DNA from: Bdellovibrionales bacterium
GTDB lineage: Bacteria > Bdellovibrionota > Bdellovibrionia > Bdellovibrionales > JAGQZY01
Assembly: GCA_964229765.1 (NCBI GenBank)
Contig: CAXREJ010000053.1
Span: 1,359 to 65,358 of the forward strand
Direction: 5' to 3'
Length of the DNA: 64,000 nt
Below the pieces are notes generated by a model. That model did not search any database. It saw only the letters and a program-made list of their open reading frames with translations, and was not told the DNA's origin. Of the stretch, positions 1 to 7,906 are shown one piece after another. A program made the position numbers and the translations under genes. The stretch's first letter is position 1, and each line of letters starts with the position of its first letter.

Positions 1-3000
1 CTCGCCAAGATGTGATCTGATCGGTGCCAGCATGATAATGACGAAGCCTTGGATTTCCATCTTCAATGTAAGGATGGTGGTAGTTATCGACGTCACCACC
101 CATAAAGATAAAATCACCGTTAGGTAAAGCAAAGAAAGGGACGAAACCATGATACCCCTCCATATTATTAGTAAAATAGGCGAGTTGTGCCGTGAGTGCT
201 CCGTTGATGGTGTCGGCATTGGTTGCGCCACCACCGATGACCGTTTCAATCACTCCAGTGGTTAAATCAATACGTCGAATGCGATCGTAATCATAAATCC
301 ACATTCTTTGATTAGGAGTATTAAAATCTAAAGCAATTTTAACAATCTTTTGGGTCGTTGCGCTGGATACAGGTCCACCGTCTCCACTGGAAACTCCTGT
401 TTGTGGAAGAAAGACTTTTTGTAATCCGTCTGCTGGATCAATAACGAGAATGCCTCTGTCTTTATCTTTAAAAAAGAGGCGACCATCTCTTGCAACCACT
501 AAAGAATGGGGATCTGGCGAGTAAAAATGATCCAAACGGTAAGACATGAAAATGGCAGATTTTGCACTGAGGTTTAAGCCAGGGTCAGTATTACCTGCAA
601 TAAATCGGATGTTGCTTGCGACATTAAGACCCACGGATGAAAAACCGGAAGAAAGACCTATAGAATCTTCCACTACCACGCGAATGGCCATATAACCAGA
701 AGCGGGGACCGCTGACCAATAATAACAACCGGTCGCATTGTCATCAGCGGGAGTCGAAGCATGGTCAATCGTACAACTTCCATTTTGTCCATTGTTTAAG
801 CCAGAGGTGATGAGGGTGTAGTTTTCATCATCGGTTGTAAAATAAATTGAAACATTTCCTGCCGGAAAGGGATCGTCATCCGTGGCATTCCATTTGATAT
901 AAAGTGGTTGTCCAACACCCACAGTAAGGTCACTTTCAGAAGGAGGATTGGCTGGGTAGTCGTTGGATCCCACAATAACTTCATGGACAACTGGCGCAAA
1001 GACTTGTGTGTAAATGATGTCATCCGTATCTCTCCCAGCCGTACCTAAACCTCCACTGGTTAATGATGAAATATTAGAGGCTTGATCTTTTACCCAACCA
1101 TAAACGGAATAAGTTTCAGGGACAATGGGTAGGTTATAGGAGTGGTTATTGAGAGCCAATGTTGTAGATGGAGTGAGTCCCACAGCAGGTGAGTCTACGG
1201 CGACCCAACAAGCATCTCCATCAAGGGGATCTGTTTGATCATCTGTTTTTAAACAAAAGTGTGTGATATTTGTTAATGAATCTGTGGCCGTAAAATCAAT
1301 TTCCACTTGTGGTTTTATGGTATTGACATCATTATTATTGATCCTAAATGTAGTGGCTGTAAAGCTAGGGGCTTGGGTGTCTCTCTTCCACACTCCCACT
1401 TGATTGGTGGATAGCATGAGGGCATTGGTTTGTCTGAACTGATAAGATCTCAATCCGTCAGTGGTTTGAGTGTCTACAGTGTAGTTAAATGTACCAGCAG
1501 GACATCCTATGGTGTTTTCTAAAACTCCACTGAGTCTAATTTCAATATTGAGACCCGTTTCACAATTACCACTAAAACTAGCATCATTAGTAGAGTTGAT
1601 CACCTCCGCATCGGAAGTGATTAAAAGATTAGGAACTTGTGTGTTTCTCTCCCAGGTTGCCGAAACTTGGGTGCTATTTCCGGCTTGATCCGTCAGCGTG
1701 AAATCATAGTCTCTCGAAGCATCTGTTGTTTGTGTCGCTGTTGTATAGGACCAGTTTCCTGAGCTGCAAGTCGCAGTGCTGGTATCCGTATTTGATACTG
1801 CAATGGGTGAGGGAAGTCCCGCTTCGCAAGTACCAGTGAGAGTCACAGTATCTGAAGCTGTTGTTTGAGAAGCACTAGAAGTGAGAGTAAGGGATGGAGC
1901 CACAGTATCACGAATGTATCGTCCAGAAGTGGAAGAAGTATTTCCCGCAGCATCAGTTTGGGTGAAGCTGTAATTATAAGTAGAGTCACTGGATTTTGTT
2001 GGAGTGGCGTAAGACCAAGTGCCGGCAGTACAAGTTGTTGAGCTGTTATTAGCTCCTTCTACAATTTGAATGGGGAGTCCGGTTTCACAAGCTCCCCCAA
2101 AAGTGACCGTGTCGGTATTGGAGTAGTAGGGAAAACTTAAGTTTGTTTGTGTGATCACAGGGTTGGTGTTGTCACGAATAAAATCTCTATTACTTGATCC
2201 TGTGTTTCCAGCGGCATCGGTTTGAGAGACAACAATATTCTTTGTCCCTTCACCGGCTGAGAAAAAGACCTGTTGAGAGTAAGTTCCCGCAGGGCAGGTG
2301 ATAGAAAAGGGAGAAAGTAGACCTGTACCTGAAAAAGAAATATTAAGGCCTGTTTCGCAGGTCCCATCCATCGTGACACTGGATTGTGCTTGAGTGTTTA
2401 TCGCAGGATTATTGATCGTGGGAGCCGGTGGAGTGATGTCTTTAATAAAGGCTCGACTTTGAGTCGTGTTGTTACCGGCAGGATCAGTCTGACTAATCGT
2501 TATTGTTTTAGTTCCTTCACTAAGAGTAAAAACAATCGATTCACTAAATGTGGAGCCGATACAGCTAGTGGTAGCAGGGCTTGCAAGTCCAGAACCACTT
2601 AAGTTCACAGTGATACCATTTTCACAGGCCCCAGAGATAGTGGCTCCCGCTTGATGGTGGGAGTTTGCCGCAGGAGATGAAAAACTTAAAACAGGTGCAG
2701 TGTTGTCGCGAATAAAATCTCGATTGGCACTTCCTGAATTTCCAGCAGCATCGGTTTGAGAAATGACAATATTTTTAGTTCCTTCACCAGCTGTAAAAGT
2801 AATGGCTTGCGAAAATGTACTCGCGGTACAAGTGGTTGTCGCAGGGATTGTCAAATCTCCTGAAAGATTAATGGTGATTCCAGTTTCACAACTTCCAGCA
2901 ATGGTGACACCTGTTTGTGCTTCTGTGTTTGCCGCAGGAGAAGAAAAAGCCAAGGTAGGAGCTATAGTGTCTTTAATGAAGTCTCGATTGGCACTTCCTG

Positions 3001-5356
3001 AATTTCCAGCAGCATCCGTTTGTGTAATGACAATGTTTTTAGTACCTTCACCAGCTGTAAAAGTGATGGCTTGTGAAAAAGTGCCCGCCGTACAAGTGGT
3101 GGTAGTCGGTGCAGTCAAATCTCCAGAAAAATTAATGGTGATTCCGGTTTCACAACTTCCAGCAATAGTAACTCCCGTTTGTGCTTCTGTGTTTGCGGCA
3201 GGAGAAGAAAAAGCCAAAGTAGGAGCTATAGTGTCTTTAATGAAGTCTCGATTGGCACTTCCTGAATTTCCAGCAGCATCCGTTTGTGTAATGACAATGT
3301 TTTTAGTCCCTTCACCAGCTGTAAAAGTGATGGCTTGTGAAAAAGTGCCCGCGGTACAAGTGGTGGAAGCCGGCGTTGTCAAATCTCCTGAAAGATTAAT
3401 AGTGATTCCTGTTTCACAACTTCCAGCAATGGTGACTCCCGTTTGTGCTTCTGTATTTGCGGCAGGAGATGAGAAAGCAAGAACAGGAGCTATAGTGTCC
3501 TTGATAAAATCTCTGTTGCTGGATCCAGAGTTTCCAGCAGCATCTGTTTGAGAGACAACAATATTTTTAGTCCCTTCACCAGCCATGAAAGTAATGGCTT
3601 GTGAGAATGTTCCAGCGGTACAAGTGGTGGTAGTCGGTGCAGTCAAATCACCAGAGAGATTAATGGTGATTCCAGTTTCACAACTTCCAGCAATGGTAAC
3701 ACCTGTTTGTGCTTCTGTGTTTGCTGCAGGAAAAGAAAAAGCCAAGGTCGGTGCTATAGAGTCTTTTATGTAAGAGCGCATATTGCCACTGGTGTTACTG
3801 GCTAAATCAATTTGTTGCACGGAGACCCATTTAGCACCTTCGCCGGCCGTAAAAGTCACGGGATAAGAAAAAGTTCCACCCCCTGAACAGCTAATAGAGT
3901 TGGAGTTCGTAATATCTCCACCCACATTGATATTAAGTCCCACTTCACAATTACCACTGATGGTAATTCCATTGGGTGCAGCTGTTAAGGGAGCCGGAGA
4001 ACTGATCGCTAGCAAAGGAAAAGTGGTATCAAGAACAATGGATTGTTGTGCCCCAATAATGTTATCAATAGGATCTTTAATCCAAAGATAGACTGTTTTT
4101 AACCCATCTCCGGCACTGAGATTAAAAGAAGTGGGTCTAGCTCCAAGCCATCCGCTTCCGCTACAACTACTGGCAAGGGGCTGAGTGTTTTGTGTTTCAC
4201 TTAAACACCAGGCTGTGGCGGCTCCATCGTTCGTGATTGTAGTGCTAATGCTCTGAGTGCTTGCATAGCTGTTTTGGTTGGCAGGGATGGTGTTTGAAGA
4301 ATCAGTTAAAGTCAGAGTGGGAGCCGCAGAAGAGACACTAACAGCAGGGCTACAGGTTTGAGGTCTTAGATTTCCGGCTTCATCCTCAACAAAAACTCCA
4401 ATGGAATAAGTGTTGCCGTCGACAAGGCCTGTTGCAAGATAGTTTGTATTTGTTTGGTGAAGAGATAACTGTGCTGGAGAACTACAAGTTCCGTTATCAA
4501 AAAATGAAACTAAAAAAGTATCCGTACTCTTTAAACCAGAGTCTCCAATATCACTCGCTGACCATGTAAAGTTGAAGCTTGAAGAGGCTATGTTAATAGC
4601 TCCCACATGTGAAGTGAAAACAGGTACGCTTGGAGGAGTTCTATCCACTATGACATTCGTAATAGAGGCTGTTGCTAAGTTTCCTGCACGATCTTGAAAG
4701 CGAGCTGCAACATTAAAAGTTCCTTCGAGGACAGATAAGGTTTGATTGTAAGACCCATTGATGCAATTAATGCTTTGATCGAAATCGGATTCATTATTAC
4801 AGTTGTTTTTAATACAAACCTTGATGACTTCATCAAATTCTAGGTTATCAGAACAAGTTCCTGAGAGGGTTAATGTGTTCTTTTTGCTGGGAAGTGGATC
4901 TAAGATTTGTAAAGTAACCACAGGGTCAGATTGGTCAAAAGAAATGGACTCTGTACACACAAGGGGTCCTAAAGTTTTATCCGTTTTTTGCAGAGCCACA
5001 CCCACACTGTATGTCTTTCCGTCTTGCACTTTACCTTCTAAAGAATAAGTTGTTTCTTTTTGAAAGCGAGCATCAATAGGAGATCCTTTACAGTTTTCTT
5101 TTTCAAACAAGTAAACCACGTAAGATTCAAAGAAAGGGGTGCTTGTGGCATAAGGAGTTTCCGGCCAAGACACTTGAAAAGCTTCGTAGTTAATATAAGC
5201 TTTAGATCTTGGTTCCGAAAAGCTATCAATTTGAAAAGAGCTGAGACTGGAGTCAACAATATCAACTTCACTCGTACAACCAGCAAAGAAAGACAATGTC
5301 GCAGGCATCAAGATTAAGAGTTTAAAATATTTGTAGCTATTGCTGAAAATATTCAT
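1..5356 (-). CDS. Giant surface lipoprotein/adhesin, partial (C-terminus lies beyond the left edge): lipoprotein signal peptide, long array of bacterial Ig-like repeats, NHL-repeat-like beta-propeller region near the window edge
   Basis: Manual minus-strand translation from ATG at 5356. It gives MNIFSNSYKYFKLLILMPATLSFFAGCTSE (lipobox FAGC). I translated 5356 down to about 2940 and 301 down to 2 in one frame without a stop; the middle was not translated. The ORF track omits it, presumably because it is edge-truncated. All listed minus ORFs in this span are in another frame. Repeats carry the T-D-A-A-G-N strand motif typical of Big-type domains. The last 100 codons read IRRIDLTTGVIETVIGGG...FIFMGGDVDNYHHPYIEDGN, which is NHL-like. 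Confidence 0.85.
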   Translation of the reverse strand, partial: MNIFSNSYKYFKLLILMPATLSFFAGCTSEVDIVDSSLSSFQIDSFSEPRSKAYINYEAFQVSWPETPYATSTPFFESYVVYLFEKENCKGSPIDARFQKETTYSLEGKVQDGKTYSVGVALQKTDKTLGPLVCTESISFDQSDPVVTLQILDPLPSKKNTLTLSGTCSDNLEFDEVIKVCIKNNCNNESDFDQSINCINGSYNQTLSVLEGTFNVAARFQDRAGNLATASITNVIVDRTPPSVPVFTSHVGAINIASSSFNFTWSASDIGDSGLKSTDTFLVSFFDNGTCSSPAQLSLHQTNTNYLATGLVDGNTYSIGVFVEDEAGNLRPQTCSPAVSVSSAAPTLTLTDSSNTIPANQNSYASTQSISTTITNDGAATAWCLSETQNTQPLASSCSGSGWLGARPTSFNLSAGDGLKTVYLWIKDPIDNIIGAQQSIVLDTTFPLLAISSPAPLTAAPNGITISGNCEVGLNINVGGDITNSNSISCSGGGTFSYPVTFTAGEGAKWVSVQQIDLASNTSGNMRSYIKDSIAPTLAFSFPAANTEAQTGVTIAGSCETGITINLSGDLTAPTTTTCTAGTFSQAITFMAGEGTKNIVVSQTDAAGNSGSSNRDFIKDTIAPVLAFSSPAANTEAQTGVTIAGSCETGITINLSGDLTTPASTTCTAGTFSQAITFTAGEGTKNIVITQTDAAGNSGSANRDFIKDTIAPTLAFSSPAANTEAQTGVTIAGSCETGITINFSGDLTAPTTTTCTAGTFSQAITFTAGEGTKNIVITQTDAAGNSGSANRDFIKDTIAPTLAFSSPAANTEAQTGVTIAGSCETGITINLSGDLTIPATTTCTASTFSQAITFTAGEGTKNIVISQTDAAGNSGSANRDFIRDNTAPVLSFSSPAANSHHQAGATISGACENGITVNLSGSGLASPATTSCIGSTFSESIVFTLSEGTKTITISQTDPAGNNTTQSRAFIKDITPPAPTINNPAINTQAQSSVTMDGTCETGLNISFSGTGLLSPFSITCPAGTYSQQVFFSAGEGTKNIVVSQTDAAGNTGSSNRDFIRDNTNPVITQTNLSFPYYSNTDTVTFGGACETGLPIQIVEGANNSSTTCTAGTWSYATPTKSSDSTYNYSFTQTDAAGNTSSTSGRYIRDTVAPSLTLTSSASQTTASDTVTLTGTCEAGLPSPIAVSNTDTSTATCSSGNWSYTTATQTTDASRDYDFTLTDQAGNSTQVSATWERNTQVPNLLITSDAEVINSTNDASFSGNCETGLNIEIRLSGVLENTIGCPAGTFNYTVDTQTTDGLRSYQFRQTNALMLSTNQVGVWKRDTQAPSFTATTFRINNNDVNTIKPQVEIDFTATDSLTNITHFCLKTDDQTDPLDGDACWVAVDSPAVGLTPSTTLALNNHSYNLPIVPETYSVYGWVKDQASNISSLTSGGLGTAGRDTDDIIYTQVFAPVVHEVIVGSNDYPANPPSESDLTVGVGQPLYIKWNATDDDPFPAGNVSIYFTTDDENYTLITSGLNNGQNGSCTIDHASTPADDNATGCYYWSAVPASGYMAIRVVVEDSIGLSSGFSSVGLNVASNIRFIAGNTDPGLNLSAKSAIFMSYRLDHFYSPDPHSLVVARDGRLFFKDKDRGILVIDPADGLQKVFLPQTGVSSGDGGPVSSATTQKIVKIALDFNTPNQRMWIYDYDRIRRIDLTTGVIETVIGGGATNADTINGALTAQLAYFTNNMEGYHGFVPFFALPNGDFIFMGGDVDNYHHPYIEDGNPRLRHYHAGTDQITSWR
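2673..3729. repeat. Four near-identical in-frame tandem repeats of 264 bp (88 aa Ig-like unit) inside the adhesin gene; more diverged copies flank them (about 1400-2670 and 3730-4330)
   Basis: The landmark string ggag(a/t)(a/g)a recurs at 2673, 2937, 3201, 3465 and 3729, exactly 264 bp apart. The plus-strand antisense ORF 2763..3551 shows the same 88-aa periodicity. Confidence 0.9.
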
Positions 5357-5731
5357 AAGATAATATCGGTAAACAATTAAAATTCTTTATAGTTTGTCTT
5401 GATATTTGACACTTAATAATGACTGCAAAAGAAACAATGAAAAATGAGAGATAAAGGCTGCGAGTTAAAAAATAGGCGTACCATTATGAAACAAAATGAA
5501 GAGGTGTAAGTCGTACTGTATCCTATTGGGATATAGCTTATGTTTTTGAAAAAGAGACTTCTTCTTACTATTTGATTATTCCCAATGAGGGGTTATAGAA
5601 AGATTCTTTTTTCTATTATTAAACAGTTCCCTAGTGCTAAGCTGGTGCTTTCATCATTTTAAGAAAGGATTGGCTTATTTAAAATTTAAAGGGGTATTGC
5701 ACTAGGGAGTTTATAAGTGGTCACTTATAAG

Positions 5732-6037
5732 TTAGTCTGGAACGACATGCTTTTTCTTTAAAATAGTTCTTTTTGTACTCATATCAAGATTTAAGCGATA
5801 AAAATGTTCTCTGGAAACTAGCAAATTAAAAAGAAAATCCTCTTTTTGAATTTTTAAAATTTCACCAATGGTCTTTAGCTTATCATTGGGAGGACCGCAC
5901 TTTCCTTGTTCCCAGTTGGAAACCATTTGAGAGGTGATTTTTAATTGTTGCGCCAATTCTTTTTGGGTCAATTTTTGTTTTTCCCTTTTTTTGAGAAGGA
6001 ATTTTCCTATCGATTCAAATTGTTTTTGTGGCTTCAT
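5732..6037 (-). CDS. XRE-family helix-turn-helix transcriptional regulator
   Basis: 101 aa. HTH segment LTQKELAQQLKITSQMVSNWEQGK. AGGAG sits 8 nt upstream of the ATG. Confidence 0.75.
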   Translation of the reverse strand: MKPQKQFESIGKFLLKKREKQKLTQKELAQQLKITSQMVSNWEQGKCGPPNDKLKTIGEILKIQKEDFLFNLLVSREHFYRLNLDMSTKRTILKKKHVVPD

Positions 6038-6304
6038 GGTTGGAACTCCTAATGTTATACAACTTTTATCCTGTTCAAGTAATTTTTTTTAAAATCCAAT
6101 CATTAAAGTGGAAAGCAGAAGTTAAACTCAGCTTGTACACGCCTTTATTTTACCAAAATAGGTAGGGATGGGTGAACTTTTTTTTATGAAAAGGTTATGC
6201 AGACCTTGTATTTTTAAAGTTTATTTTCTTAAACATTTTTTGGATGTGATAGATTTCATTTAAAAATTACAAATAAATAATATTTTTTATCACACTTTTT
6301 CAGG

Positions 6305-6340
6305 CAATATTTTTACTTTCAAACTCAAGTAAAAATATTG
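6305..6340. promoter_or_regulatory. Perfect 13-bp inverted repeat (caatatttttact / agtaaaaatattg, 10-nt spacer) in the XRE-histone divergent intergenic region; candidate operator or hairpin
   Basis: Read directly: arms 6305-6317 and 6328-6340. A second 7-bp inverted repeat is ctcaagt 6324-6330 / acttgag 6351-6357. Confidence 0.3.
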
Positions 6341-7009
6341 TAATCAAGCAACTTGAGGTAAATGTTTTATCAAGAGGGGGGTGTTTGAAAATTAAAGTTG
6401 TAGGCCGTTACAGTTGACACAGCCTTTTGTATAGTTGTTTTTTTGATTACTTATCGTGCTAAATTTAAATTGCATTTTTAATATCTTCTTTTTTTTATAT
6501 TTTTTTTCTACTTTTAAAAAGATATAGAAATATTGCACAGAGAAATGAGTAATTTTATTCTCTTTCAAATGACAAGCTGCAAGATAAACGACTAGTATCA
6601 CTGAGTTAATTCCTCGTCATAGTGTGTTTTTCACAACTGTTTTGAATCGTTTCTTTCTTTAGTTAAGGTGAATTGATTTTGCACTTACAAAGTTCGGATT
6701 CTTTTTTTTTCATACTTGGAGTAACAATTTTTTTGCTTTAGATGGTTATCGGAGTTTGATCCAATTCAACGGTGTACATTTTAAAGCGAAGACAAGCACA
6801 GACAAAATTGAAAAGAGTCAGAAGATCTCAAAAACCAAATAAGATATTAGTAGCATGAACACTGTACATATCTTCAGAATTGATTCTTTTACAATATTGA
6901 ATAATGAATCATTCGACTCTGCGTTAGTTTTTTTTACAGTTGATAAGATGAGAAAATTCTCACAGTATTGCCCCTCGTCTAACAATCATGTTCAAATAAA
7001 GGAGTAGAA

Positions 7010-7243
7010 ATGGCGAAGAAAAAGAAAAAAGCAACGAAGAAGAAAGCAGCAGCCAAAAAAAAGAGCGAAATGATTGTCGTTCAAAGTAAGTTTAAAGAAG
7101 CTTTGAAAGCTCATGATGTGAATGTTGCTGCTGATGCACTAGAAGGAGCAAACGCTGTTCTTCACTGGTATATTGATCAGGCGGCTCAGAGAGCTAAAAG
7201 TAATGGACGCAAAACCGTTCGTGCTCATGATTTCATCTCTTAA
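7010..7243 (+). CDS. Histone-fold DNA-binding protein (bacterial singlet histone, HBb/Bd0055-like) with lysine-rich N-terminal tail
   Basis: 77 aa. AAGGAG sits 6 nt upstream. Tail is MAKKKKKATKKKAAAKKKSE. Core is IVVQSKFKEALKAHDVNVAADALEGANAVLHWYIDQAAQRAKSNGRKTVRAHDFIS, with the AKxxGRKTVxxxD signature of HMf-type histones. An alternative internal start at 7070 (M21) would remove the tail. Confidence 0.7.
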   Translation: MAKKKKKATKKKAAAKKKSEMIVVQSKFKEALKAHDVNVAADALEGANAVLHWYIDQAAQRAKSNGRKTVRAHDFIS

Positions 7244-7277
7244 AGATTAAAAGTCTTATTAATTTCTATGTGAATGG

Positions 7278-7375
7278 CCTGAGGGTAACAAAAAATGAGT
7301 TCTTTATTCAAAAGAACGAGAAGTTAAAATCCATAAAAGAAAAAATGACGGAGCTTATCTTTTGTTACCTTCAGG
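7278..7375 (+). repeat. Long imperfect hairpin (16-nt arms, 15/16 paired) enclosing an inner 7-bp hairpin, 35 nt downstream of the histone gene; possible terminator or processing structure
   Basis: Arms are cctgagggtaacaaaa (7278-7293) and ttttgttaccttcagg (7360-7375). The inner hairpin is gttcttt-attca-aaagaac (7299-7317). Confidence 0.4.
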
Positions 7376-7906
7376 TTAATAACGATTAAGGCGTTTTACG
7401 TCCCTTCCTTCTGTTGATAAAGCCTTATATTATAGCTTACCACTCTCACTCTTTTAAAAAAGATCCTTCGGCAAGCCTCAGGTAAAAAAACGGATGACAG
7501 ATTAAGAGTTTTATCTATTGGCGATGATCTTCTTTTCTATCCAAAGTTTAAAAAATGAAACAAAGATGTGAATTTACTAAATTCTTCGGCAAGCCTAGGG
7601 ATGGCTATGACGATTTTCTATGATCATTAAGGACTTTCAGTGGAGTCGAAAGACCTCGTAGACGTGTCCACTTGGGCGAATCGAAGACTCGATCAATTCG
7701 TTATCGGAACAAACTAAAAAAGGTTTTTTTTGTTTAAAAGGCTCTGTTTTGACTAAAAAGAAGCATTTGGTGCTTGCAAAGTGTGACTAATCAACAACAG
7801 AGCGTTGAACATCCCTGTTTTCCACTATTTGACGCGAAAGGAAATTCTGGATTAAACCGCCAGGGAAGGGTAAAAATTTCCATCAAATTCTAACGAAGAG
7901 AGAACT

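Noticed and set aside
2673-3729. Regular repeats considered as a possible CRISPR array
   Set aside because: The period is 264 bp with no unique spacers. The repeats are contiguous, in frame and translate to a protein domain. No cas genes are in the window.
2763-4091. Plus-strand ORFs 2763..3551 (262 aa, internally repetitive), 3585..3773 and 3900..4091
   Set aside because: They are antisense shadows of the minus-strand adhesin gene. Their 88-aa periodicity simply mirrors the 264-bp coding repeats. They have no RBS, and the minus-strand frame gives a coherent lipoprotein with Ig-like modules.
6392-6601. 69-aa minus-strand ORF in the XRE-histone intergenic region
   Set aside because: Low-complexity K/F/I-rich translation of AT-rich DNA, with no RBS and no recognisable fold. 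It is most likely non-coding.
7555-7623. 22-aa mini-ORF (MKQRCEFTKFFGKPRDGYDDFL) spanning one ttcggcaagcct repeat; the FGK(P/A) reading is shared by all three repeat copies
   Set aside because: No Shine-Dalgarno sequence. The other two copies lack a start codon or are interrupted by stops just upstream. The conservation is better explained at the DNA level.
7768-7778. tggtgcttgca resembling a sigma-54 -24/-12 promoter upstream of the POT genes
   Set aside because: The GG and GC elements are only 6 nt apart instead of the required 10.
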